A DNA stretch of 64,000 nt. Origin: Camelus ferus. Lineage: Eukaryota. Position numbers and translations under genes: made by a program. This document shows positions 14,251-25,800 of this stretch, in pieces (within the stretch, counting starts at the first letter, position 1; each line of letters begins with the position of its first letter). The notes beneath the pieces are model-generated. The model did no database searches and was not told the DNA's origin. It saw nothing but the letters and a program-made list of their open reading frames with translations. The stretch covers positions 58,158,001 to 58,222,000 of the forward strand of contig NC_045696.1 of NCBI RefSeq assembly GCF_009834535.1. The letters run 5' to 3'.

Positions 14251-15140
14251 GTAAGAATCTTTTATGTTAAACATGTAACTGGGCAGAACCAAAAATAAGC
14301 CCAAATGGAAAATTGGCTCCCCTAGATAAATGTTAAAATTCAAGGAAAAATAAAACATGCAAAGGTCACATGTAGCAGATAGAATTTGCTGCTACAGGGG
14401 AACTCCAGGTTAGTCCACCCTAAAATGTTTTTGGAGACTAGGGATGTATTTTCAGTATAACTAAGCCGCCCCTCTCCATATTATTAGAGGACAGTATCTA
14501 CAAATGAAACCAGAAGGAAGGTGATACAATAGTAAAAACAAATTGATAGTTATTGAGATTAGAAAAGAATTGAAAGGAATCATTTGTAAGAGCATATTTA
14601 GAACTTTGCATGAAAAGGCAGTATCCTGATTAGCAGATAATTATTTGTGGCCACTTTTGGCAGGTATGACCCTATGGTTTTCCCATTTTGATAAAAAATA
14701 TCCATAAAGCCTTCCAGTTTCGTGAAACTCCCTTTGATCTTAGCCCATTATGACAACACATTTTTTGAATGAGTCAGAAGAAGGAAGAAGTCTCATTTAT
14801 TCTAAAAGAAGAAAAGAATGAAAATGTCACTCACATAGGTGACTGTGTATAAAACTACTCTTGGTGTTTCCAAAGAGATCATTTTCATTCACTTTCCAAA
14901 CATTGTACCCTGTTACATCAAAAACAAAATTGAGCAATCAACTTTATCGGGAAGGGAAGAATCTAATTACATATTTGGGAAGATCAAATAAGATATGTGA
15001 GTCACCTCAATATCTAAATACATAAACATAATTGACACAGGATAATATTATATCTAGGCCTTACAGTTTGCACAGTGTTTCTGGGATAATGAAAGAATAA
15101 ATTGACACTGTAATTTCTAAATTGCTTTATCTGAGGTTTT

Positions 15141-15199
15141 GGGGTTTTTTTAATTTCATTTCATTTAGTTATAGTCAGTTTATAATGTGTCAATTTCCA
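15141..15199 (-). mobile_element. 59-bp 5'-truncated young L1 tail with 13-bp TSD
   Basis: Reverse complement reads tggaaattgacacattataaactgactataact...aaaaaaa; TSD tatctgaggtttt at 15128-15140 and 15200-15212. Confidence 0.85.
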
Positions 15200-17454
15200 T
15201 ATCTGAGGTTTTTATAAGTTAGAAAATATGAGAATGAAGTCTAAAAGCTAGAGAAGAATAGGAACATAGCTATTTGTAGGAAATAACTACACTGATACTG
15301 GAATATACTGACCTATCACACTTGACAAGAATCGTATCTAATTTTTCTAATTAAATATCCAAGCCAATTATAGTGAGTCATCGTTTACCAAATCCTATTC
15401 TGAAATCTTATTCTAAGCACCAAATATGTCAAAGAGAATAAGCACCAAATATGTCAAAGAGGGACATGTTATTTATTAGAAATGACATCCCACATGCTCC
15501 TTTTGCTTAATTTTTTTTTACAAACCCTTAATTTTAACTATATTGAAGTGGAACTAGAGGAAAAAATTAGAATGAGGACATTTCTGTTTTTAAATTGTTG
15601 AAAATGGAGGTTCTAAAAAGCACTACTCTTACTATGGGATCTGAAATTAATTGTAAGTATCTCTTAGCCCTAAAATCAACTTAAAATTATATTCAGAACA
15701 CCCTTTTTGGGATCCCTAGAACAGAATCTTCTTACAGACATGAGTGCTTTGGGTGTTTTTTGTGATTATATTACCAAAGATTACTGCTAAATGTACTACT
15801 TTGGTGCTAACAGTGCACTTTGATGATATTAGCCCATTGGTCTCCAAAATTGGCAGACCAGAGTGGTAAGTTTATTCTTGTGTGATCTGGTCCTTGGAGA
15901 CGTACTCACTCTAACCTCATTCGACTCTGAGTGTACCAGAAACCTGTTTTATTCTCTCATACCTGGCCATCTGCCTATCTGACAAGTTCATGCAGCATAG
16001 CAAAATATAAGTCAGAAAAGTATTGAGCATGAAATTAAAACAAAGCTTTTGGATTTTCTGGAGGAGCATTTCCATCAAGCTCTGGAACCTTTTTCAGACT
16101 ACGTAAGTATTTTCTGTTTGTGAACTTTCATAGTGGAGAGCAAACCTGTCACTGAGCAAAGGTGCATCCATTTTTCCCACCAAAAGATGGCATCAGCTCA
16201 CATAGGAAGTCATTTTAGTCTAAAAGACATAAATATGATTAACCATATCACGTCAGATAAGTGCAAAGCAAAATATTGCAAGTCACATAATTACAATAGA
16301 AATTAAAATAAATTTTTTTAAAAACTTCAAAGAGAAAACATGGTAAATGTCATTTTTGGGGTGGGATGAGTTTTTCTACAATAGGAACAACTCTAAAGGA
16401 CACAGTCAGTTGTGTACAGGCACAGCCAGAGGACTGCTTATACAGTCAACGGTTCATCCGCAGATGAGCATCCACAGATGAGGAGAAGCATTTTTGGAAA
16501 AAATTTCGGTTATAACCAAATAATAAGCATCTCTACCAGAAGTTTCATAAGAATTCAAGACAAAGCAGGGATTTTTGAGAACTTAAAAGGCTGTGAAACA
16601 TTAGACACAAACTTTGTGAAATAAATTCACTATTCTAGAGCTATGTTCTTGCTCTTACAAAGCTTATGGTCTGATTAAGGAAGACAAAAAATGCAAAAAC
16701 AAGAGAAATTCCAATAGAGATAAATGCTATGAAGAAAATAGAGTGTGGAGATGGGATGGGGAGAGCTGCTTCTGTGAGAATGGCGAGCCTTCCTGACTGA
16801 GACCTGAATAACCCAAAGAATAAGCAGGCATGAGTCACCTGACGATCTGGGGGAACCAGCAATCCAGGTGTCAGGACAAGTACGAAAACTACAGTTGCTG
16901 TGAGAAACAGCCTCAGTATGTATGAGAAACAGAAACAGGGCTGTCCCACTGGAGATAGTAAGGCAAACAGAGAGTGGAGCAAGAGACCAGACCATGTAAG
17001 ACCCCAAAGGTGCTGGGGTAAGCACCTGTATTTGTTCTCTAAGTGAATTTGAATTTTGAGAGAACGACCCTTGCAAGTTTATGTCAACAAGTTAGCCTGT
17101 TTTCTAAAACTAGGACGATATATGCTCATTTTAGAATGTTTGGAAGTTACAGAAAAATATATAAAGAAAGTAAAAGTGGCATTTAAAAACTCGGAATTTA
17201 TCTTGTAAGTTGTAAATCCGAAACAGAGATCACATTTTAAGAGACTGTAAGAGAAATAAACATTTATCACAAAGCAACATTTATCAACCATACACACAAA
17301 ATGTGTTAGTTTAAAAAAAAAATTTAAAAAAAACTTGCTATAAAAGAATCATGGAAATTTCTTCAAGAAATTATTGTTTAATGAAAGTGTGTTATTGATT
17401 TAAATAGTATTTTTAAAATCCAGCTAGGATTAATAGAACGTTATTTCTTTTCAG

Positions 17455-17582
17455 GTTTGCAGATTTTATCAGGGGTATGCTGAAGCTAATTCTTCTCCTC
17501 CTGTTTTCCGGAGCTACACTATCATCCACGTGGTTCACCCTGACCTGTTTGAACAGCATCACACACCTGCCTTTAACTACAG
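17455..17582 (+). CDS. SLC49A4: SLC49A4 coding exon (probably exon 7), 128 bp, phase 2 to 1
   Basis: tttcttttcag acceptor, GTGAGC donor at 17583. Translates [42 protein letters not shown]. Confidence 0.96.
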
Positions 17583-18039
17583 GTGAGCACAGACTATTTT
17601 GAACTTTGAATAAATATTTTCAGTTTTTAGAAGTATATACTGACAGTAGGACTTTTTCTTGCTTCCCATAAGCAGTTGTTAAATATACAAAAAGGTCTCC
17701 CTTATCCAGCCATCAAACCATCATCTCATCTAAAAAGAGCTCAAAAAATAACTAAAAATATTTTCATTGGTATTTTATATCTGGAAAAGAAGAATAATCT
17801 TTAGTGTGAGCTTAAATAGCATGGAAAAGCTTATATTCTTTTAAAAAATCATATCAGAGCATAATACAAAGATTTTTATCATCTTTATAGCCATTACATC
17901 ATTGTTAAACAGGAAGGAAAATGAACAAAGGCAGAAAGCTATGACATTTCAGATATGCACCAGTAGACTTCTTTGAACCAGTACCTATTGGTTTATTTTA
18001 TATTTAGTCTTTTTTTCAATATATTCAATTTATTTAAAC

Positions 18040-21000
18040 TAAAAAACAGAAACAGTTCACCATTTCTCCCACCCCTCGCCTCTTGCAACCACCACCAACC
18101 TGTTCTCTGTATTCATGAGCTTGATTTTGTTTTGTTTGTTTGTTTTCCATTTTGAGTGTTTTTTAAATTTTTTGATTTTGATTCCACATATAAGAGAGAT
18201 AATAAAATAATTGCCCTTCTCTATCTGACTGATTCCACTTAGCATAATATTGTCAAGGTCTAAACATGTCACAAATAGTAAGGTTTCATTTTTATGGCTG
18301 AATAGTATTCCATTGCATATATATTCCACAGTTTCTTTATCCATTCATCCATTGATAGAGACTAGTTGTTTCCATATTTTGACTATTGTAAATAATGCTT
18401 CATGAACATGGGGTGTAGATATCTTTTCGAGATGGTGATTTCAGTTCCTTCAGATAAGAAATGGGACTACTGGGTATATGGTAGTTCTGTTTTTTATTTT
18501 TTGAGGACCCTGCGTACTGTTTTCCAACTGGCTGCACCAACCTACATCTCCACCAACAGCGCACAAGGGTTCCCTTTTTCCCACTTCCTTGCCAATACTT
18601 GTTATCTCTTGTTTTTTGATAATAGCCATTCTAACATGTGTGAGTTGGTATCTCATTGTGATTTTGATTTGCATTTCCCTGATGATTAATGATATTGAAC
18701 TTCTTTTGTGTGTCTGTTGACCATCTGTATATCTCCTGTGGAAAAATGAGTATTCAGATCTTCTGCCCATTTTTAATTTTTTTTAACACCTTTATTGTTA
18801 CATGATTCCTGTACAGTAAACTACACATATTTCAGAAGTACAATTTGATGAATTTTGATAGATGTATACACCTGTGAAACCACTACCACAATCAAGATAG
18901 CTAACATTTCCATCACTCCCCAAGAGGTACTGATTTCGAATTCGCAATTTATCCCTTCTCACCCTCTTGCCCCCCTGGTAACCATAAGTTTGTTTTCTAT
19001 GTCTGTGAGTCTGTTTCTGTTTTGTAGGTAAGTTCATTTGTGTCCTTTTTTTTAGATTCCCCATATAACTGTATTTTTCTTTCTCTTTCTGGCTTACTTC
19101 ACTTAGAATGACAATCTCCAGGTCCATCCATATTGCTGCAAATGGCATTATTTCTTTCTTTTTTATGCTTCTGCCCATTTTTTAGTGGCATTTTTTGCTT
19201 TTTGGTACTGAATTTTATGAATTCTTTGTATGTTTTGGATATTAGCCCTTTAACAGATACATGGTTTGCAGTTATTTTCTCCCATTCAGTAGGTTGTCTT
19301 TTCCTTTGTTGATGGTTTCCTTCGCTGTGCAGAAGCTTTTTAGTTTGATGTAGTCCCAGTTGCTTATTTTCTCTTTTGTTGCTTTTGCTTTCGGTGTCAG
19401 ATTCAAAAACTTATTACCAAAACTTATGTCAAGGAACTTACTGTCTATAGTTTATTCAAGGAGTTTTATGGCTTTAGGTTTTACATTCAAGTCTTTGATC
19501 CATTTTGAGTTAAATTTTGCATATATTGTATGATAGTGGTCCAATTTCGTTCTTTTGCATGTGGTTATCCAATTTTCCCAACACCATTTATTGAAGAGAC
19601 TATCCTTTCCCTATTGTATATTCTTGTATTTTTTGTTGTAAATTAATTCACTGTAAGTGTGTAGGTTTATTTCTGGGCTCTCTATTCTGTTTCACTGATC
19701 TGTGTGTCTGTTTTTATGCCAATACCATGCTGTTTAAATTACCATCGTTTTGTATTATAGTTTGAAACCAGGGTGTGTGATGCCTCCAGCTTTGTTCTTC
19801 TTTCTCAAGATTGCTTTGGCTATTTAGGGTCTTTTGTAGTTCCATACAAGTTTTAGGATTATTTGTTATATTTTTGTAAAAAATGCCATTGGAATTTTGA
19901 TAGGAATTACGCAGAATCTGTAGATTGCTTTGGGTAGTATGGAAATTTTAACAGTTAATTCTTTCAATCTGTGAGCACAGAATATCTTTCCATTTATTTT
20001 TGTCTTCTTCAATTTCTTTAATATCTTGCAGTTTTCAGTATACAGGTCTTTCACCTCCTTGATTAAATTTATTCCTAGGTATTTTATTCTTTTTCATATA
20101 ATTGTAAATGGGATTGTTTTCTTCATTTCTCTTTCTGATAGTTCTTTATTAACGTAAAGGAAGGCAGCAGATTTTTCTGTTGATTTTGAAGCCTGCAATT
20201 TTACTGAATTTATTAGTTCTAACAGTTTCTTGATGGAATCTACAATTTTCTATCTATAATATCATGTTATCTGCAGATAGTGACAGCTTTGCTTCTTCCT
20301 TCCCAATTTGAAGCCTTTTTTTTTTTTTTCCTTGCCCAATTGCTGTGACTAGGACTTCCAGCTACTATGTTGAATATATGTGGGTAGAGTGGGCATCCTT
20401 GTCTTGTTCCTGATCTTAGAGGAAAAACTTTCAGCTTTTCACCATTGACTATGATGTTAACTGCAATCTTGTCATATGTAGCGTTTATTATGTTGAAGTA
20501 CGTTCCCTCTGTACCCACTTTGTTGAGAGTTTTTATTGTAAATGGATGTCGAATTTTGTCAGATGCTTTTTCTCCATCTGTTGAAATGATCACGTCATTT
20601 TTATCCCTCGGTTTTGTTAACGTGGTGTATCACACTGACTGATATGCAGATGCTGAACCAGCCTTGCATCGCTGGAATAAATCCCATTTGATCATGGTGT
20701 ATGATCCTTTTAATGTATTGTTTAATTTGGTTTGTTAATATTTTGTTGAGGATTTTTGCATCTATATTCTTGAGGGATATTGGCCTATAATTTTCTTTTT
20801 GTGTGTGTGTTATCCTTCTCTGGTTTTGGTAGCTTTGGCCTTACAAAATATGTTTGGAAGCCTCCCCTTCTTCTGCTTTTTGGAAGAATTTGAAAAGGAT
20901 TGGTATTAATTCAACTTAGAATATTTGGTAGAATTTATCAGTGAAGATGTTTGCTCATGGAATTTTATTTGTTGAGAGGTTTTTGATTATTGATCCAGTC

Positions 21001-21238
21001 TCCTTGCTAGTAATTGACCTGGTCAGGTTGCCTGTTTCATCATGCTTCAGGCTTTGTAGGCTGAATGTTTCTAGGACTTTATCCATTTCTTCTAGGTTGT
21101 CTGTTTTGCTGCCACATAATTGCATGATGGTAGTCCTTTATCCTTTGTATTTCTACAGCAGAATTTGTAACATCTCTTTCATTTTTTATTTTATTTATTT
21201 GAGTACTCTCTCTTTTTTTCTTGGTGAGTCTGGCTAAG
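18040..21238 (-). mobile_element. ~3.2-kb 5'-truncated L1 (RT region to 3' UTR), degenerate
   Basis: Minus-strand ORF fragments are L1 ORF2 peptides: [18 protein letters not shown]...[10 protein letters not shown] (20267-20593), KDLYTENCKIL...ILPKAIYRF (19866-20054), SLIIREMQIKITMRYQLT (18450-18770). Confidence 0.92.
18775..19167 (-). mobile_element. 393-bp chimeric L1 retrocopy nested in the L1 above, 15-bp TSD
   Basis: TSD cttctgcccattttt at 18760-18774 and 19168-19182. The 5' part matches the young L1 3' UTR; the 3' part resembles an L1MC/ME-type end with AATAAA and an A-tail. Confidence 0.8.
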
Positions 21239-21339
21239 AAGTATATGATAGGCAATTTACTTATTATTAGCCCATCCAGTTGACCTGAAACATTTACAGC
21301 TGCTGTTGTTTTTATTGTTGTAAGTATCATTTGAAGGGT

Positions 21340-21868
21340 CTATAGTTTTTTCTATGGCTGCTGTTAATGTTACCACAAACACGGGGCTTTAAAAAAAAAA
21401 ACCATGAGTTTATTTTATATTTCTGTAAGTCAGAAGTCCAACTTGAGTCTCACTAAGCTAAAATCAAAATGTGGGCAGACTCTAGGGAAGAATTCATTTT
21501 CTTGCCCTCTCTGACATCTGGAGGCTGCCCACACTCCTTGGCTTGTGGCCCCTTTCCTCTGTCTGCAAAGTTAGCAACAGCAGGTCAAGTCCTTCTCACA
21601 CTGCATCATCTGTTCCTTCCTCGCAAGGTCACATCTTCCTCTGAACTTCATATTCTGCCTCTTTCCACTTTTAAGGATCCTTGTGATTACGTTGGGCCTA
21701 CCCAGAAAATCCAGGATAATCTCCCAAATTTAAGTCAGCTGATTAGCAACTTTAATTCCATCTTCACCTTTAATATTTCTCACCATGTAAGGTAACATTC
21801 AGTTTCCAGGAACTGACACAAAAAAATATATCTTTTGGGGGAAGCAAGAGACGTTATTCTGCCTCACG
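21340..21868 (-). mobile_element. MLT1D-like MaLR solo LTR
   Basis: gtcagaagtcca...ctaaaatcaa...ttttaaggatccttgtgattacgttgggcc...agctgattagcaactttaattccatc, as recalled for MLT1D. Confidence 0.8.
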
Positions 21869-22329
21869 GGATCTTTTTAAAATTACTGTGACAGATTATC
21901 TTATAAACCAAGAGGGCTCTGTTGTTGCTTCTTTCCTTTAAGAAAAGATTGTTTAAGATGCATATTTTTATTCTATTTGCAAGTGACATTTAGCCACCTT
22001 TTGGATTCTGTGTTTAATTATAGGATTATTTGTTGTAAAGGTAGATTGTAGGGTTGCAGGATTATTTGTTATAACAAGCATTTCTGTCGATAGGAGTATA
22101 TGAGAGTCTGAGAATGGCTCTATCCAGGCCTGTTACCCAGTGGCATGTATGTTCCATGAGACTCCCATGAGAGGAGAGTTCCTTTTGGCTGCATGTAATT
22201 AAGGAATACTACATATCCTGAGTTGAATTTACGTGCTCTGTAATAAACAGACCAGTAGTTTGCACATCAGAGGCATCAAATCTTTTAAAGGGCAGTGGGA
22301 TGAGGTTGCACTACACCCATGATTACTAG

Positions 22330-22882
22330 ACTGCACCAAGCACGCTGCCCTGGAGTGCCACAGCAAACTCACAAAAACAACATGCATTATTCACATTTCT
22401 GAAGGAAACAAGGATATTCCATAGATGTCAGACACTGCGAACCACTAGTTCAAGAGAGTCTCCAGTTTTGTATTTAGATCCTCTACATTCTTTTTGATGA
22501 TGTCATGTCTTTACAAAGTTAAGGTTTCTGCAGTTGCTGTAATAAAAAGCAATACTGCACAAAATTCAGCATGGAACAGGAAATGAGGGCAGTGGTGTCA
22601 TTCTGATTACAAGATTTGAGAAGTCGTGCAGTGCCCATCAGATGCACACATCCCATTATTAAGTAATTGTAGTTATTTAAGAATGAAATAAAAATATATT
22701 TCTTTCAATATATGGGTATTATTTTTAATGACCACTAAATTATTAGGACATATGTATATTAAGTTGTTTGGACTAACCATGTGACTAAAGGAATTGTTAG
22801 CTATTTCTTTTGGCCTTGAAGCACTGTGAAAAAATACTGAGACACTAGGGTGCTGAGACGGAAGGTTTGGAAACCTCTGGTC
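22330..22882. mobile_element. hAT-Charlie (Charlie4-like) relic
   Basis: Ends in ctgtgaaaaaatactgagacactagggtg...gtttggaaacctctg; internal caggaaatgagggcagtggtgtc...acacatcccatta. Confidence 0.6.
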
Positions 22883-25800
22883 TACACCATCATGCCAGGA
22901 TTCCCTCTTTTTAGTGTTTATTGCTTTGTCTATAAATCCCAGTTGTCCAGAGTAATCATTTTTGGACACTGTGCACTTTTTGTATACTAACATTCCTTCA
23001 TTAGGGTTTCGAGTAATTTTGACAAGTATTCTGAGCCAGAATTTTTTATTTTATTCTGGTATAATTTCAAACTTAGCAGTTGTACAGCATTCTGGTGGAA
23101 CAGTTTTAGTTTACAACTCTTCTTGTTCATGGCATTACACTCAGATTTTTTGTGTGATACTGTATGTCAAGTATGCATCTGTTAGATTTTATGAGAACAT
23201 AGTCGTGAGTACATGATAAACAGATTTTTTCCCCTTGAATTAAGTGAAGAATATTCATTATGAGATAGTACATTTATTAAATGTCATGTATTTTCTATTT
23301 AATATGATAAAATTAACAGTTTTATCTCTGGATGGCTGCATTATGAATTTAATTTTTTACCTCCTGTTTTGACTGGAGTTGTAACAATGAGCATGTTTTA
23401 CTTTTATAATCAGAAAATATATATGTATATTTGAAAACTATACATCTTTTTAAATCTTTAAAGAAAATTGATGTAATTGACCCTAGTCAAGATAGTTTTC
23501 CCATTCTGCCCTTGAAAATAATTATGTTGTACAGATAGGAAAGCAGAATTCTAAACTAAATCAAAGCTAGAATTGAAAGGTTGAGTTTGATGTGTATGTC
23601 TTAACAACCATTGAATTTATAAATCCTACTATTGTTTTCAAATATAAGTCAGTTTTTTAATGTCACTTAGAAACTCCTGAAAGATGCATTTTTAACTTAC
23701 AAATACACTGTCTTAAGGACTATAGATTTGTTCACATACCTCCTCTGAATTATCATAGCATTTTTTTTTCTCTTTCCTGATACTTACCACTTAATATTCC
23801 CTTGAGTATATGTCTTATCTTCCCTACCAGTCTGAAAATCTGGAACATGGACTTTTGCCTTATAAATTCTGACCCCATCTCCCACCCCCGTACCTGGAGT
23901 AATGAATGAATGAGTGAAGGAAGGAGTGGAGTATATTTTAGCCCATTTTGAATCTCAGTGGATATGACTCACTGCCAGGTAATAGGAAGCTTGGCCACTT
24001 TTTGTTATTCAGCACCAGCTGTAGGAAGGCAAAGGGCACATTTTAATGGAACAATGGAGAATTTGAATAAATCTCTCACAGGTGCTCTTACTGGCTTTGT
24101 AAAAATCTGACCTAATTCCTTTTTAACTAAAAAAAGGTTTCATGAAAGGGAACTTACTACAAAATCCAATTATAGACAAATCTAGACCTCTAGGCTGGTA
24201 TTTAAAAGTCAATAATGGAAAAAAAAAAAGTCAGTAATGGCAAATTCGTGTTTCTTTTTCACCAGAGTCATTCTTTTTTTAATCAGGAAAATATCTAGAC
24301 TTTTTCCAGTTTCTAGGAAACTTAGTATTTCTATTATTTTTTATAAATCAGAAGAAACAACATGAAAAGTGCTTGACATAATAAATTAAAAGCTATTAAT
24401 TTTGCTCAACCCATGTGTTATAAGTGCTACTACTGTTCAGACCTTCCAGTGCAATTTTTTTGTAGTCCACTGATCTTCGTATTATCGTTGCCATCTTCCC
24501 AGAAGAAAAACCGGATCATTCCGTTCTATCTGAAGATGTACTCTTTTGATACACGTACTTGCTTACACGTATCCTCTTGGAGACTATCAGCAGGATGCTT
24601 TTAGTATTTCCTTAGGGAAACTCAATATTTGAAATTGTATTATACCTTTATTAATTGACTTATCTATAGTAGGGCAATAAATAAACTCATGAGTTTCAAA
24701 GTCTTGAAGCTTATGCTATAAACAAAATTATGAAAATACATTATTCACTTTATCTGAGAACCAGATGTCTAGCCCTGTTAGCCACAAGTCACATGTCATT
24801 TGTCACCAAACAGATGAATACTTTGAAAATGGCATTTTGAAAAATGTTAGCACTTTGGTGTTTGCTGAAACAATATAATTTGACTGTTTAATAGAAGATG
24901 CTTTGGGAGAGGTTCTTCATCTAATTAACGGCACTCGAATGCCACGATGGTGATGTCAGAAACAGATAGTGGGCGGGGGAGAGTAAGGGAGGATGATTAG
25001 CTGGACGTAAGGGTGATAGCTGACTACAAGCTGACTTCCAGTGATATTTGAAGAAAGAAAAGATATTTGGTTGTATTGAAAGGCATGTGGCATGTATAGG
25101 CTAGAGAATAATCCTCTTATTATATTTTCATGTATTTTGCCTTTATTAAGATAATTATGTCCCATTTTAATAACATGCCAAGAAATAAAAATATACACCT
25201 ACCTGGAAATGGGGGGAAATGAGAAAATTCAGAAAAGGATGATGAACATGATTAAAGAAATACATAATATTAAGGAAATTAGGGATTTTAAGCTTTAAAG
25301 AAAGCAGGCTAAGGAAGTGACTTAATTATTGTTTTCAAATTTTATGAACTAAAAGTGAATTACTCATGTTCAAGACTGATCAAGAGGCAAAAATAGAACA
25401 TAGATTAAAAGAAGAGAATGGATTTGTGAAAAACCTTTCATGTAAGAGTCATGAAATGTTCAGAAAAATGTTTCTTCTTGAGAAAGATCATGTAATACTT
25501 ATCCATGAAGATTTTCCAGAAGAGATGTCTTCAGGCAGAATCTGTGTTTCTTGAAGGTAGAGGGCTTAACCAGATGATCAGTTAATGTTCCATGACTTAA
25601 TAGCACATTGCCTTCTGCAGAACCATACATCATTCTTTGGGAGCTTAGAAGTTACTGATAAACCTGTACCTGGGATATCCGATTTCACAACTGATCTCTA
25701 CTCTGGGCCCACTATTTCAAAGGATTATTAGTTGTGATTCATTTCTGCAAGATCATAACATTGCCTTCTAGCCATAAGGGACTCTAAACATAACTGTCCA

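Noticed and set aside
14400..15050. Unique-looking intronic block that might be a decayed coding sequence
   Set aside because: The frames I translated by hand have frequent stops and no recognisable family; needs tBLASTx to say more.
18798..19178. 126-aa ORF with ATG across the chimeric L1 insert
   Set aside because: Mostly L1 3'-end and UTR sequence with the ATG supplied by the TSD; no evidence of a protein.
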